DNA of 64,000 nucleotides from a virus: positions 1 to 64,000 of the IMG/VR virus record IMGVR_UViG_3300033145_000788. One strand, written 5' to 3'. Shown piece after piece: positions 1 through 10,125 of the stretch (the first letter of the stretch is position 1; each line of letters begins with the position of its first letter). The notes below the pieces were generated by a model. It was not told where the DNA came from. It ran no database searches and saw nothing but the letters and a program-made list of their open reading frames with translations. Made by a program: the position numbers and the translations under genes.

Positions 1-1
1 T

Positions 2-2068
2 TTCGGGGATAATTATTTTATCGGGGCCACGTTATATATGAAGACCGGGACCTGCGCCGGGGAAACCCAGACCGTGACCGATTTCGCCCAGACCACGGGA
101 ACCCTGACCCATGCAGCCTTCTCTGCCCAGATTGACGCGGGCGATACGTTCACTTTGACCATGGCCTTTTCTAGTAGGGATATTCGGGTCGAATTGATCG
201 GGGCCGGAGATGCCGGGGATGCCACCTTCAAATGGAGTCACGATGGGGGAACTAAATATTTCGGAAGGGATAATCCAACTCAGGCGGATTGGTTGGCAGA
301 ACATACAGTCGAAGCTGCTGATGCGAATACAGCGACTGGAAATGTTCCCGCACTTATCCAGGCTTCAAATGGATATCTAATCTGTGCTTATCGTAGCAAT
401 GGAGACAACAAGATATATTGTAAGCGTTCAACAGATAAAGGATTGACTTGGGGATCTGCAATTCTAATTTCATCGTCACAAAATGCTTTTGTCAGTGGAT
501 TAACCCTTCTTTCTTCTGGCCGTCTTTTGCTTCCTTTAGAAGTTGTTGGGTATATTTATTATTCTGATGATAATGGAGCAACTTGGGCGTTACTTGCTTC
601 TGGCGTATCTACCTTTCGACAAATCATCGAGAGGTTTGATGGAGCATTGATCGGTGTATATGGAACGAATATTTTACGTTGTAAAATTTCTAATGATGGG
701 GGAACAACCTGGTCAAGTGCCATTACTATTGCCAGCGATGCAAATGATCAGCACATTGGATCTATTGTCCAAGCAGAGAATGGAGATTTAATTTGTGCCT
801 ACGAAAGTGATGAAGATGCTGTTAATGATATAGAAATTAAATGTAAAATCTCGACAGATGGTGGTGCTACATGGGGATCGGTAATTGCGGTTATAAATCA
901 TGATGGAGAAGATTATGAACAACCATGGCTTATAAAGGATATTGACGGAACCATTTTTTGTGCCGCTTTCCGTGATGTAGCCGCTGGAGATGAAACCTTA
1001 CATTTTACATATTCAACAGATAACGGTGCGACTTGGGCTGCTACGGCATCTCTGAAAACCGAAGCTGGAGTAGATTTAAAAACACCATGTTTGGCTTTAG
1101 TTGATGGTCATGATTTAATTTGTTCTTATTTAGAAGCCGGAAATACCACAATTAAAATCGTCCGTCGAGGTATCTGGGAAGCCTATTCCGCCAACGCCTG
1201 TCCCTGTGCCATCGAGGCCATGCCACAGCACCTGATCTGCGATTGCGAACTCGTCTGGCACGGCGGGGCCGGGGATGCCGGGGACGACTGGACGATCCTC
1301 CCGAAGTATTATTACGGGATGGAGAACATCATCGCTGACAGCCCCACCAAGTGCTGGCGGTCGGAGCAGGATGATATCACGGCCAAGATAGAATTGGATA
1401 TGGGGGTATATAGCCGTATGAACATTGATGCCCTTGGTTTATTTGATTGCAATTTAAGAACCTTACGCTGGCAATGTAATACCAGCACTTGGGTTGATCA
1501 AATAGACGAAATGTGTACAGATATAACCTCCTGGACCGATGGCGATACTGATGCTGGTGGCGGAGCTGGTGCGAGTTCGACACAGACAACGTTTAATAAT
1601 CAGGAGACATTTAAGTTTTATGTGCAAACCGCGGGAATTGGAACTTACGCCCGGAGGACTAAACAATTCGGTTCTGTTTTTGGGACTAAAACTACTATAG
1701 GAATTAGATTATATTGTGATTTAGTCGGGACATTGACAAATATAGATGATTTTACACTCCAGGTTTTTCTCTCTAATACTCTCCTATTTGACGTTCGGTT
1801 TGCCTCGGATGGATTGTTTATATATGACGGTGCCGGTTCTGCTCCAGAAGTTGGAACTAATCTTGTGGTACAAGATAAATGGCAGGAATGGAGATTTGTT
1901 ATTGATCATACCGTTGAGGCAAGTGCCTCCTGTGATGTTTATTTGGATGATGTCTCTGTGGCGACAAGTGTTAATTGTAGTTATGATGGGCTAGCGGGAA
2001 CTGAAGGGGAGATTCGTCTTCACCAGAATGGTAGAACAACCAATAGCGTCACTTCCTATGTAGATTAG
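2..2068 (+). CDS. Tail/receptor-binding protein, N-terminal part, with BNR/Asp-box (sialidase-like beta-propeller) repeats; 5' end outside window
   Basis: Frame open from nt 2. Repeated SxDxGxTW motifs (STDKGLTW, SDDNGATW, SNDGGTTW, STDGGATW, STDNGATW). Ends at TAG created by a TAGAT tandem duplication. Confidence 0.7.
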   Translation, partial: FGDNYFIGATLYMKTGTCAGETQTVTDFAQTTGTLTHAAFSAQIDAGDTFTLTMAFSSRDIRVELIGAGDAGDATFKWSHDGGTKYFGRDNPTQADWLAEHTVEAADANTATGNVPALIQASNGYLICAYRSNGDNKIYCKRSTDKGLTWGSAILISSSQNAFVSGLTLLSSGRLLLPLEVVGYIYYSDDNGATWALLASGVSTFRQIIERFDGALIGVYGTNILRCKISNDGGTTWSSAITIASDANDQHIGSIVQAENGDLICAYESDEDAVNDIEIKCKISTDGGATWGSVIAVINHDGEDYEQPWLIKDIDGTIFCAAFRDVAAGDETLHFTYSTDNGATWAATASLKTEAGVDLKTPCLALVDGHDLICSYLEAGNTTIKIVRRGIWEAYSANACPCAIEAMPQHLICDCELVWHGGAGDAGDDWTILPKYYYGMENIIADSPTKCWRSEQDDITAKIELDMGVYSRMNIDALGLFDCNLRTLRWQCNTSTWVDQIDEMCTDITSWTDGDTDAGGGAGASSTQTTFNNQETFKFYVQTAGIGTYARRTKQFGSVFGTKTTIGIRLYCDLVGTLTNIDDFTLQVFLSNTLLFDVRFASDGLFIYDGAGSAPEVGTNLVVQDKWQEWRFVIDHTVEASASCDVYLDDVSVATSVNCSYDGLAGTEGEIRLHQNGRTTNSVTSYVD

Positions 2069-2070
2069 AT

Positions 2071-2805
2071 TATCTCTATGCCTACACTACGCCCACAATT
2101 GATGAATTTGTCTCCTTTGACTTGACGACAGGTACTGCTGATGTCACCGGAAGCGCCACCAATTTTATTAAAGATTCGTCTCTCGTTGCCAATTATAAAA
2201 TACATGAACTTAAAGGGTATTCCCTAAGAATGACCAAAGGGACTAATGAAGGGAAAACTTGGGAAATAAAGGATAACGATGATACTAATTGGATTATTCT
2301 TGACTCAACGGGAAGTATAGGCGTCTCCAGTAGTGATACCTTTGCCATATTTCAGAAATGTATTGCTAAGACTTTTACCGGTATAGAAAGTGCTTATAGG
2401 TATATTCGTCTTTTTATCCCTCCACAATTTACTCCTGAAGGATATTATCAGATTGGTTCAGCGGTATTAGGGAAAGCCATTTCTCTGACTAAGGATTTTG
2501 CCCCAGGATACAGGAAGGATCACCGTTATGACATCCAGATGCTTCGGTCATCCGGTGGAGGATTGGAGCCAATCAAGAATGCCGATCGAAAGCGGATCTT
2601 CCAATTGAGATGGCCGGGTTCCGAAACGGCGAGGGAAGAGATGATCGCCCTGCTCGATTACATAGAAGGCAAGAATATAGTCCTAATTCCCGACCATAAT
2701 ACACTTACCGATTGTTACCTTGTCAAGCTGATCGGGCCTGCCCAGCAGAGGCACCGCCAAGGGAATAAGTTTGATCTCTCCCTAACATTCGAGGAAATCC
2801 TGTGA
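2071..2805 (+). CDS. C-terminal part of the same tail protein (frameshifted continuation)
   Basis: Removing one TAGAT copy (2061-2070) joins ...SYVD to YLYAYTTPTIDEFVSFDLTTG... in frame with track ORF 2122-2805. No clear RBS before 2122. Confidence 0.6.
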   Translation, partial: YLYAYTTPTIDEFVSFDLTTGTADVTGSATNFIKDSSLVANYKIHELKGYSLRMTKGTNEGKTWEIKDNDDTNWIILDSTGSIGVSSSDTFAIFQKCIAKTFTGIESAYRYIRLFIPPQFTPEGYYQIGSAVLGKAISLTKDFAPGYRKDHRYDIQMLRSSGGGLEPIKNADRKRIFQLRWPGSETAREEMIALLDYIEGKNIVLIPDHNTLTDCYLVKLIGPAQQRHRQGNKFDLSLTFEEIL

Positions 2806-4406
2806 GTACCATATCGGATGCCCTAAAGAAGACCCAGGAACCCCGGCTCTTGGTAGAGTTGTACTTTGACGGATTGATAATAAGGTACACTCTGGCAAGG
2901 TGGGGGAATATATCGGTTCCGTATTCGGGATATGATGAGCGGCTGTTCGAGGGGTTGATTACCAATAACCTCAATGTCAAGTCGTCTTTTGAATGGCGGA
3001 ATTTCAAGTATTCGATAGCCAATGTCCCGATAACAATCTGGAACAAGGAACGTCTCCAGGATCACGAGAAGACGAGAAGGCTCGACGGCGGGATTGGTAA
3101 GATATATCTCTGGACGGATGGCCTTGACTGGACCGATATTGACCCGGAGGGCCTGATATTCCGAGGCGTCTTCAAGAAGGAATGGCATGACAAATATTCG
3201 TATAGCTTTAATCTTGTGGACGACTCGGATACCAAATTCAGATTGTTACCGGAGACGACGATAAATACAGATACTTTTCCCCTCCACCGGACAGAGGAAG
3301 GGGGAGCCGGTTCCGTAGCCGGGATGCCCCAGCCCCTGTTGTACGGGGATTGGACGAAAGGGATTCCCTTAAAGAACGTCAAGTACGATACCACGACCCC
3401 GGACTATGAGTATTTGGCCTGTGTGGGTGTGGTTAAAAGTTCAGAGGCAGAATACAACGCCGGTACGGAATTTGTCTATACGAGCACGGACAGCACCGTG
3501 AATCCGGCGAATTATACGTTTTATCCCGGCGGACTGGATGGGCAGGGGCACGTCGTGGCCTATTTCGATTTCGGGGCCAACGATCAAACAACTTCGGAAC
3601 CCCTCCACTGCTCGATCAGAGGCCTGACCGATGGGTCGGGTGAAATAACTGGGACGGCGGGTACTCTGATCGAGCACCCCTCTCACATAATAGAACATCT
3701 CCTTCGGTATCATACGGGGCTTAATCCCCTCAATGACGAGATAGATTTTCAGTCCATCAAGACGATGGCCTCAATCCTGCCCGGACTCAAGTTTGCCACG
3801 ATCATTAATCAAAGCGTCTCTGGGGTGGACGTTGTGGACCGGATTCTCTCGGAATGCCGGTGTGCCAGAATTCCCCGGCAGAAGGGTCTCGGAATAATGA
3901 CGTTCGATCTGGATGCCGTCAGGACGGGGATAATTAAAAGGACGATTGACGTGGTGGATCGGACGATTAGGATTAGCAAGACCCCGGATAATCGGGTCTG
4001 CAATAACCTGCGGGTTTCCTACGGACTGAATCCTATGTCTGGGCAGTATGAAGGAGAGGTAATATACGACTGGACGAATAATTCCGATTGCGAAAGCAGT
4101 TATTATCAATACGGGGAGCGGCCGCAGGTTGAATTGAGATTGTCTGATGTCCAAGCGGAATACGTGGCAAGGTACCTCGCAAAGAGATACCTCGACATTT
4201 ATACATTCCGGCATGATATAGCAATCATAGAGGTTCCCTATTGGACCGGATGGGATATCATTGAAGGGGATGCTGGTCAACTTACCCTTGAGGAAGGATC
4301 GTCTCATACCGGAACCGGTTGGATAAATGAAGAGTTTATTTTGATAGAGAGGCAATTCAAACCGGTAACGATAAGACAGACATGGTGGAGGGTTGATACA
4401 CGATGA
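2802..4406 (+). CDS. Putative tail/baseplate hub-type structural protein
   Basis: 534 aa, GTGA overlap with upstream gene, position in tail module, PLLYGD and HPSHII-type motifs typical of tail hub proteins. Confidence 0.5.
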   Translation: MSTISDALKKTQEPRLLVELYFDGLIIRYTLARWGNISVPYSGYDERLFEGLITNNLNVKSSFEWRNFKYSIANVPITIWNKERLQDHEKTRRLDGGIGKIYLWTDGLDWTDIDPEGLIFRGVFKKEWHDKYSYSFNLVDDSDTKFRLLPETTINTDTFPLHRTEEGGAGSVAGMPQPLLYGDWTKGIPLKNVKYDTTTPDYEYLACVGVVKSSEAEYNAGTEFVYTSTDSTVNPANYTFYPGGLDGQGHVVAYFDFGANDQTTSEPLHCSIRGLTDGSGEITGTAGTLIEHPSHIIEHLLRYHTGLNPLNDEIDFQSIKTMASILPGLKFATIINQSVSGVDVVDRILSECRCARIPRQKGLGIMTFDLDAVRTGIIKRTIDVVDRTIRISKTPDNRVCNNLRVSYGLNPMSGQYEGEVIYDWTNNSDCESSYYQYGERPQVELRLSDVQAEYVARYLAKRYLDIYTFRHDIAIIEVPYWTGWDIIEGDAGQLTLEEGSSHTGTGWINEEFILIERQFKPVTIRQTWWRVDTR

Positions 4407-4846
4407 GTTTTTTCGATTGTTTATTCAAACGTATAGGAAGGTATAGGGTAAGCCCCTTAGACCAAAAAAACGGCGTTATAAGCCCCGGTACGGAGCGTTT
4501 TAAGACCATAGAAGACGCCATCGAGACCTCGGATTCCTGGTGGCGATCCCTAGACAATGAAGATCCAGGATTCTTTGCCGAATATGACTTAGGGGAATTG
4601 ATCATTCATCTATGCGGGAGCCGTTGGAAATTGGCCGAAGTCTATAATGAGCGGTATCCTGATGTGGAACCTTATACTCCCGATACCACGACCTATATGT
4701 TTACGGCGGGTGGTCCGACTCCCCCTGTCCATGTATGGTTGGTGGTCAAGGTGGTGGGTGGAGAGGTCATTCTCCACAAATGGGCGGCGGGCCATGAACT
4801 GAAACGGGTAATTGACTGGTACATGAACGTGAGGAGAGGGAAATGA
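4403..4846 (+). CDS. Hypothetical protein
   Basis: 147 aa ORF with ATGA overlaps at both ends. Confidence 0.6.
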   Translation: MSFFDCLFKRIGRYRVSPLDQKNGVISPGTERFKTIEDAIETSDSWWRSLDNEDPGFFAEYDLGELIIHLCGSRWKLAEVYNERYPDVEPYTPDTTTYMFTAGGPTPPVHVWLVVKVVGGEVILHKWAAGHELKRVIDWYMNVRRGK

Positions 4847-5100
4847 GGAAACTATTCAACGGGGAAAACGGAACAAGGATAAGGGTCAGCTTCCTGGGAA
4901 TCCTGCTGATCGCCGTCACGGTCACTGGTGGGGCGTTAAAATACATCGTGGATACCCAGGCAAGCGTGAACGCAGCCCAGGACGTGAGGATAGAGAGAAA
5001 GGTCGAGAAGGAGCAATATTATCACGATTCCATCAAGTTAACCCATCAACTCGATCGGATAGAGGACAAGATAGATGACCTGAACGAAAAAATTCCTTAA
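4843..5100 (+). CDS. Small single-TM coiled-coil protein (lysis-module membrane protein)
   Basis: Hydrophobic segment FLGILLIAVTVTGGAL then coiled coil LDRIEDKIDDL; directly upstream of amidase. Confidence 0.55.
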   Translation: MRKLFNGENGTRIRVSFLGILLIAVTVTGGALKYIVDTQASVNAAQDVRIERKVEKEQYYHDSIKLTHQLDRIEDKIDDLNEKIP

Positions 5101-5103
5101 AAC

Positions 5104-5132
5104 TTTAAAAATAACGAAAGGTATTATATAAT
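5104..5132 (+). promoter_or_regulatory. Phage promoter class TTTAAA-N17-TATAAT
   Basis: TTTAAA 5104-5109, 17 nt, TATAAT 5127-5132, then ATAGGTA; motif recurs 7 times in window. Confidence 0.7.
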
Positions 5133-5147
5133 ATAGGTAGGTGAAAG

Positions 5148-5666
5148 ATGAACAGACCGGATACAATTATCATACATCACAGCGCGACTAAGGATAATCC
5201 GGACTTGGAGGACGCTAGAGCCATATTGAGATACCATGTCAAGGAACGGGGGTGGTCCGACATCGGATATCATATCGTGCTTGAAAAACAGGACGGCAAT
5301 TCGAGGGTGTTTCCTGGGAGGCCGGACTTCAGGCCGGGGGCACACGCTCCGGGCCGTGGCGGGATGCCTTCCCATAATTCCCGTTCGATAGGGATATGCG
5401 TAGTCGGGAATTATTCCAAGGAGACCTTGCCTACCGATATGCTTGTTACCCTGGTCCGGGTAGTGTTCGAATATATGAAAAGATTCCTGATCCCTCCGGA
5501 CAAGGTTCTCGGGCACCGGGAAGTCATGCCACCGGGATATACCGAGTGTCCGGGGAACCGATTTCCCTTGGATCCGTTGAAAAAACAACTTACTCGCAAA
5601 TGGCAGATTTGGGTCCAGGCCGCCCTGAACGGGCGTGAAGATATAATCGAAGACATAACTAAGTGA
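5148..5666 (+). CDS. Endolysin, N-acetylmuramoyl-L-alanine amidase (T7-lysozyme/Amidase_2 type)
   Basis: IIIHHSAT, GWSDIGYH, GAH, HRE and TECPG zinc-amidase motifs. Confidence 0.92.
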   Translation: MNRPDTIIIHHSATKDNPDLEDARAILRYHVKERGWSDIGYHIVLEKQDGNSRVFPGRPDFRPGAHAPGRGGMPSHNSRSIGICVVGNYSKETLPTDMLVTLVRVVFEYMKRFLIPPDKVLGHREVMPPGYTECPGNRFPLDPLKKQLTRKWQIWVQAALNGREDIIEDITK

Positions 5667-5679
5667 AAGGAGAAAGAAG

Positions 5680-6627
5680 ATGACACAATTAGGAAGGGAA
5701 GAGAAAAGGAATTTCGTTTTATTCGTTGTTGGTTTTTTGGCATTTATCTTATTTTTCGTCGGACTCTGCGTGTGCTGCAGGGTTAGCCAGGCTGAGGAAA
5801 TTGAGAAATGGAATACGGTCGCCCCAAAAATAGATCGAATGGCAGAGATTAAGGCAATTCACGAAAAGCTTATTTATCCTTGCGTCAGGATTGCAGGTGC
5901 GTATGGCGGTGGTTCTGGAACGGTACTATATTCTAAATTAGAAACAGATGAAAAATATTCGACTTATGTGCTGACTAATTATCACGTTATAAGATCCGCC
6001 GTAACATTAAGCGAACAGTGGAACAGCGATCTCGGTAAGAATGTCAAGACGGAGAAACGGTCCGTGGTTCACGTAGAAGTTTTCCAATATCAGGATCTTT
6101 CAATTCCGGTTGGGACTTTAAAGGTCGAGGCAGATATTATTATTTATAGCGAGGAATACGATCTTGCTCTTTTGAAATTGAGATATGATAAACGAATAGA
6201 ATTCACAGCGAACCTTGCTAATCCGGAGCCGGATTATTATCTATCTGACAGGACAATAGCAGTGGGATGTAGCCTGCTTTTTCCTCCTATCCTGACTTCC
6301 GGAGAGATCACTAGAGTCAACCTCTTAGTCAACTCTCTTTATTACGATATGAGTACATCGCAAATCATCTTCGGAAACTCCGGTGGGGCAATGTATCTGG
6401 CCAAGACCGGAGAATTTATTGGAGTCCCGTTTGCCGTACCTGGTGTTCGGATAAATTGGACGACTTCCATACCCGTCACCCATATGGGTGTATTCATTCC
6501 AGCTAGTCGGGTTTATGAATGGTTGGAGAAAGAGCATTACGATTTCATCTATGACAAAGATAAGATCGAAAAGGCCTGTTTGGAAGAACGTGAAGAGGAA
6601 CTTAAGAAGAAGCGAGAGAAGAACTGA
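5680..6627 (+). CDS. Trypsin-like serine protease with N-terminal membrane anchor
   Basis: Catalytic triad motifs TNYHV, DLALL, GNSGG; hydrophobic N-terminus. Confidence 0.88.
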   Translation: MTQLGREEKRNFVLFVVGFLAFILFFVGLCVCCRVSQAEEIEKWNTVAPKIDRMAEIKAIHEKLIYPCVRIAGAYGGGSGTVLYSKLETDEKYSTYVLTNYHVIRSAVTLSEQWNSDLGKNVKTEKRSVVHVEVFQYQDLSIPVGTLKVEADIIIYSEEYDLALLKLRYDKRIEFTANLANPEPDYYLSDRTIAVGCSLLFPPILTSGEITRVNLLVNSLYYDMSTSQIIFGNSGGAMYLAKTGEFIGVPFAVPGVRINWTTSIPVTHMGVFIPASRVYEWLEKEHYDFIYDKDKIEKACLEEREEELKKKREKN

Positions 6628-7043
6628 TGTCAATATGGTCATGGATTGCTAAGAAGGCAGTTGGGGAATCTGCTGTTACTTTGGTTGATACGATTGATAA
6701 AATCGTAGATAAGTATACAGAGAGCCCAGATGAGAAACGGACTTTCCGGGAGGTCATCAATCGTGCCCAAACAGAAATTAATAAGATTGAAGCTGGGCAC
6801 CGGAGCCTGTTCGTGGCCGGGTGGCGGCCGGCAATAGGTTGGACTTGTGCAATCGGGGTTTTTTGGATCTTCATCGGAGAGCCAGTACTTCAATACATTC
6901 TAATTGCATCTGGAATTCCGATTCCCCCGCCACACTTAGATGCCGAGCAACTCATCAAGCTCACTTATGCGCTCTTGGGAATCGGGGGAACCTCTATTAT
7001 CGTGAGGACCATTGAAAAGAAAATGGGCGTGAATGGTAGATGA
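6627..7043 (+). CDS. Holin, 3TM (GTA-holin-like)
   Basis: FVAGWRPAIGW motif, TM segments, RTIEK near C-terminus. Confidence 0.82.
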   Translation: MSIWSWIAKKAVGESAVTLVDTIDKIVDKYTESPDEKRTFREVINRAQTEINKIEAGHRSLFVAGWRPAIGWTCAIGVFWIFIGEPVLQYILIASGIPIPPPHLDAEQLIKLTYALLGIGGTSIIVRTIEKKMGVNGR

Positions 7044-7118
7044 AGAAACATAAACGACCTCAGATCAATGCTTCTGAGTGGCCGTCCCATCTTATAACTT
7101 TGGGGCGAAAACAAGTCC

Positions 7119-7601
7119 TTGAAAACGGGGTGGTTATTCTGTTTGTTTACGATACAGAAAGAGGGGATACTTACGAGGTGGAAATTGTCCAGGACAAAGA
7201 CTAACGAGAAAGACTTCGGGGTTTTCAAAGAGGAAGCCAAGCTCTGGATAGACAGACTTTTGCGAGGGTGGGAAATCGCCTTCAAACATGAGACTATAGG
7301 GGAGGACCTACGGGCTTGGGAAGTGGACGATTTGCCTAACCGAATTGCCAATCTTGGTTTATCAATTGATTGGTCCCATTCTGATCTGACGCATCATCAT
7401 TTATGCAAGGCTGCATTTCATGAGGTCTGGGAGTTACTCTTGACGAGATTGAAAACCTTGGCGAAAGATAGGTACATTCAGGAAAAGGAAATAGACGAGG
7501 AGGTTCACCATATAATCCGAACGATGGAGAACCTTATGTTTGAACCTGATTACGAAAGGAGAATATGTGGAAAAAAGAAAAAGACGGCCCGCAGCAAGTG
7601 A
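7119..7601 (+). CDS. Hypothetical protein, possible zincin-like fold (true start probably TTG ~7188)
   Basis: AFHEVWELLL and EEVHHI motifs. Confidence 0.45.
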   Translation: MKTGWLFCLFTIQKEGILTRWKLSRTKTNEKDFGVFKEEAKLWIDRLLRGWEIAFKHETIGEDLRAWEVDDLPNRIANLGLSIDWSHSDLTHHHLCKAAFHEVWELLLTRLKTLAKDRYIQEKEIDEEVHHIIRTMENLMFEPDYERRICGKKKKTARSK

Positions 7602-8607
7602 TGAGATTTTACAACAGGCCCTTGATCTTTCGGTTAGATATACCCAGTTAGAAGTTGCCCAGTTCATGGGGATTCCACGAGGAACCGCCCAGACCTATAT
7701 AGATCGGGCGAAATTGAAAAAGATGAAACCCAGGGCGATCCCCAGGGAAGTTGAACAAGCGCACTCTCTTGCGTCAGAGCAGACCCACCGAGCCAACCAT
7801 CTTGAACGCCAAATCCAAGAGTTATTAAAACGAGACACCATTCCGGTGCATGCCTTCCAAGGTAAGAAGGTAAAGATCGGGATAATCTCCGATACGCACA
7901 TCGGATCACTTTATGCCCGACTGGATGTTCTCCAAGTTGCCTACCGGATGTTTAAATCAGAGGGAGTTAAAAACGTCTATCATGCTGGCGATTTAGTGGA
8001 TGGGGAGAAGATGTATCGGGGCCAGGAATATGAGATTTATGCCCACGGTTCCGATGCCCAGATAAAAGAAGTTGAAAATAGATATCCCCATTACAGGGGA
8101 ATCACAACATATTTTATTACGGGGAACCACGACCTCAGCTACTTTAAACGCTCCGGGACGGATATCGGTCTCTCCATTAAAGACAAGAGGTTGGATATGA
8201 TATATCTAGGTCAGGAGGAAGCTGATATTGATATGATGTGTGGAAGCCAAAAGGTCAGATTTCGGTTGTGTCATCCTCGTGTTGGAACCGCTTATGCCCT
8301 ATCCTACCATACCCAGAAATATATTGAGAGTTTATCCGGTGGTGAGAAGCCGCACATCATAGTCTTTGGCCATACCCACAAGGCTTTCCAATTGCCCGAT
8401 TACAGGAACATTTGTTCGATACAAGGTGGAACGGCCCAAAGCCAGACCCCATTTATGCGGGGGAAGAACCTTGCGGCACATATCGGTTTCTGGATTCTGG
8501 AATTTACGGTCAACGAACCTGCGCTCGTAAGCCGGTTTAAAGCCGAGTTTTTTCCTGTCTATGAACCGGGGCCAGTCCAACCCGAACGCCCCGACCCTCC
8601 TATATAA
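7540..8607 (+). CDS. Calcineurin-like metallophosphoesterase with N-terminal HTH
   Basis: SDTHIG, GDLVDG, GNHD, HP, GHTH motifs; N-terminal TQLEVAQFMGIPRGT helix-turn-helix. Confidence 0.9.
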   Translation: MNLITKGEYVEKRKRRPAASDEILQQALDLSVRYTQLEVAQFMGIPRGTAQTYIDRAKLKKMKPRAIPREVEQAHSLASEQTHRANHLERQIQELLKRDTIPVHAFQGKKVKIGIISDTHIGSLYARLDVLQVAYRMFKSEGVKNVYHAGDLVDGEKMYRGQEYEIYAHGSDAQIKEVENRYPHYRGITTYFITGNHDLSYFKRSGTDIGLSIKDKRLDMIYLGQEEADIDMMCGSQKVRFRLCHPRVGTAYALSYHTQKYIESLSGGEKPHIIVFGHTHKAFQLPDYRNICSIQGGTAQSQTPFMRGKNLAAHIGFWILEFTVNEPALVSRFKAEFFPVYEPGPVQPERPDPPI

Positions 8608-8627
8608 TTCCCCAACCCTTCTCTCTT

Positions 8628-8668
8628 GCCCACGGCCATTTTTAGAACTGGCCGTGGGCCTTTTTTTT
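8628..8668 (+). terminator. Intrinsic terminator
   Basis: GCCCACGGCCA / TGGCCGTGGGC 11-bp stem followed by T8. Confidence 0.9.
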
Positions 8669-8694
8669 GTTCAAAATCCCACCTTATTTTTTTC

Positions 8695-8723
8695 TTTTAT
8701 TTTAAGCAAAAGTATTATATAAT
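8695..8723 (+). promoter_or_regulatory. Promoter TTTTAT-N17-TATAAT, probably giving a leaderless mRNA
   Basis: -10 at 8718-8723; ATG at 8730 sits at the expected start site; no SD. Confidence 0.6.
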
Positions 8724-8729
8724 ATTTAT

Positions 8730-9281
8730 ATGAGGATCGCATTCGACCTTGATGGGACTCTTGCTGACAGTTATCCGGCCTTCCGGAAAGGCATCTTGAC
8801 CCGGACCGGTTGGGATTGCCACCCTTTGACAAGGCACTCTGTTCATCCGCCCGAAGTCTCGGAAAGTGAAGTCGGCCGGATGATAGCGGATATCCTTCTT
8901 GAATACAACAGAACGATCCTACCCTATAATGAAATTCCTAAAGCCCTAAAGAAAATCCATGCCATAATAAAGAAACCGATAATGATAGTGACGGCCCGCC
9001 AGGAAGCCCTCCGGGATTGCACCGAGGATTGGTATAGAAGGAATCTCCCAGTTCCCGTAGACCTGAATTTTGTTCAGTCCATGAAGAAACGGGATTTCCT
9101 TGTGGAGAAGAAAATTAAGATTTGGGTGGACGACCGTCTCCTTACGGCAAACCATATCTCCAAGGAGATAGAGACCGTTTTTCTATTGGACCGCATCTGG
9201 AACCAAAGGCGCCGGACCCAGCCGGGAATCATCCGGGCAAAAAACTTAAACCGAATCGCAGAATACATGGAAAAGAAATGA
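8730..9281 (+). CDS. HAD-family phosphatase, 5'(3')-deoxyribonucleotidase-like
   Basis: FDLDGTLAD, VTAR, K and WVDD motifs. Confidence 0.85.
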   Translation: MRIAFDLDGTLADSYPAFRKGILTRTGWDCHPLTRHSVHPPEVSESEVGRMIADILLEYNRTILPYNEIPKALKKIHAIIKKPIMIVTARQEALRDCTEDWYRRNLPVPVDLNFVQSMKKRDFLVEKKIKIWVDDRLLTANHISKEIETVFLLDRIWNQRRRTQPGIIRAKNLNRIAEYMEKK

Positions 9282-9946
9282 TAAATGAATGGCGGGGAAG
9301 AGTATCCGGCAAGACCGTGAGGCTGTTTAATCGGTGGGTTGAAAAAGTGGCCTGCCAGGGATATCACAGCCACTCCATTCCCGAGACCGGTCAAAAGTTT
9401 ATTTTTGTCCGGAAGCGGGTTAGGGGGAAACTGGTTTTTGATATTGAAATATTATCTGGAATTTCGCCACCATCGGGAGGAACGCCCCGTCCGAAAGAAT
9501 GGACGGATGTTGATGAATTCGGGATTACCTTCTTGGATCTCTCAAAGAAAAATCAGAAGATAATTTTGGGCGCAGAAGACCCATATAAAGAATTGGAGGG
9601 CCGGGGGAAATGGAGGGAGTTTATCCGGTCTCTGGGATTCAGAAGCCAGAAGGATTACGAATCGGCACTCCGGAAAGCGATGGTTCGACTTCAGCATATG
9701 TTGGAAAAGAAAGATCTTGTTCCGGTTATGAGAGGAGAACGGGAATTACATGGCTGGCAGGAGATCGCAGACTTTTTGCAAAGGGGCATTCTCGTGACCC
9801 GGATGCTGGCTACCGAGTATGGGTTACCGGTAGCTTTATTAGGTAAGACGCCTTATTCGACCGAGGAGAAATTGAGGGTTTGGATGGAGGAACTGGTGGA
9901 AAACCACCCAATTTGGAAGGAGGAACTAAAAAAAAGCATGGAATAA
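9278..9946 (+). CDS. DNA-binding protein with C-terminal excisionase/MerR-like HTH
   Basis: ATGA overlap; C-terminal LHGWQEIADFL...LPV; paralogous to 53994-54275. Confidence 0.55.
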   Translation: MINEWRGRVSGKTVRLFNRWVEKVACQGYHSHSIPETGQKFIFVRKRVRGKLVFDIEILSGISPPSGGTPRPKEWTDVDEFGITFLDLSKKNQKIILGAEDPYKELEGRGKWREFIRSLGFRSQKDYESALRKAMVRLQHMLEKKDLVPVMRGERELHGWQEIADFLQRGILVTRMLATEYGLPVALLGKTPYSTEEKLRVWMEELVENHPIWKEELKKSME

Positions 9947-10125
9947 CTTATTGATATGATTGAGAAATTACAGATAGATTTATAACCACTTGAAATTATT
10001 AAAGATTTATCGCCCGTTTTTACTTAATATTCTTAAAGTAATTTTTAATATTCTTAAAAAGAGGGTGTCATAACTAATTGAAATCATTAAATAATAAAAA
10101 AAGATAAAAAAAGTAAAAATAAAGC

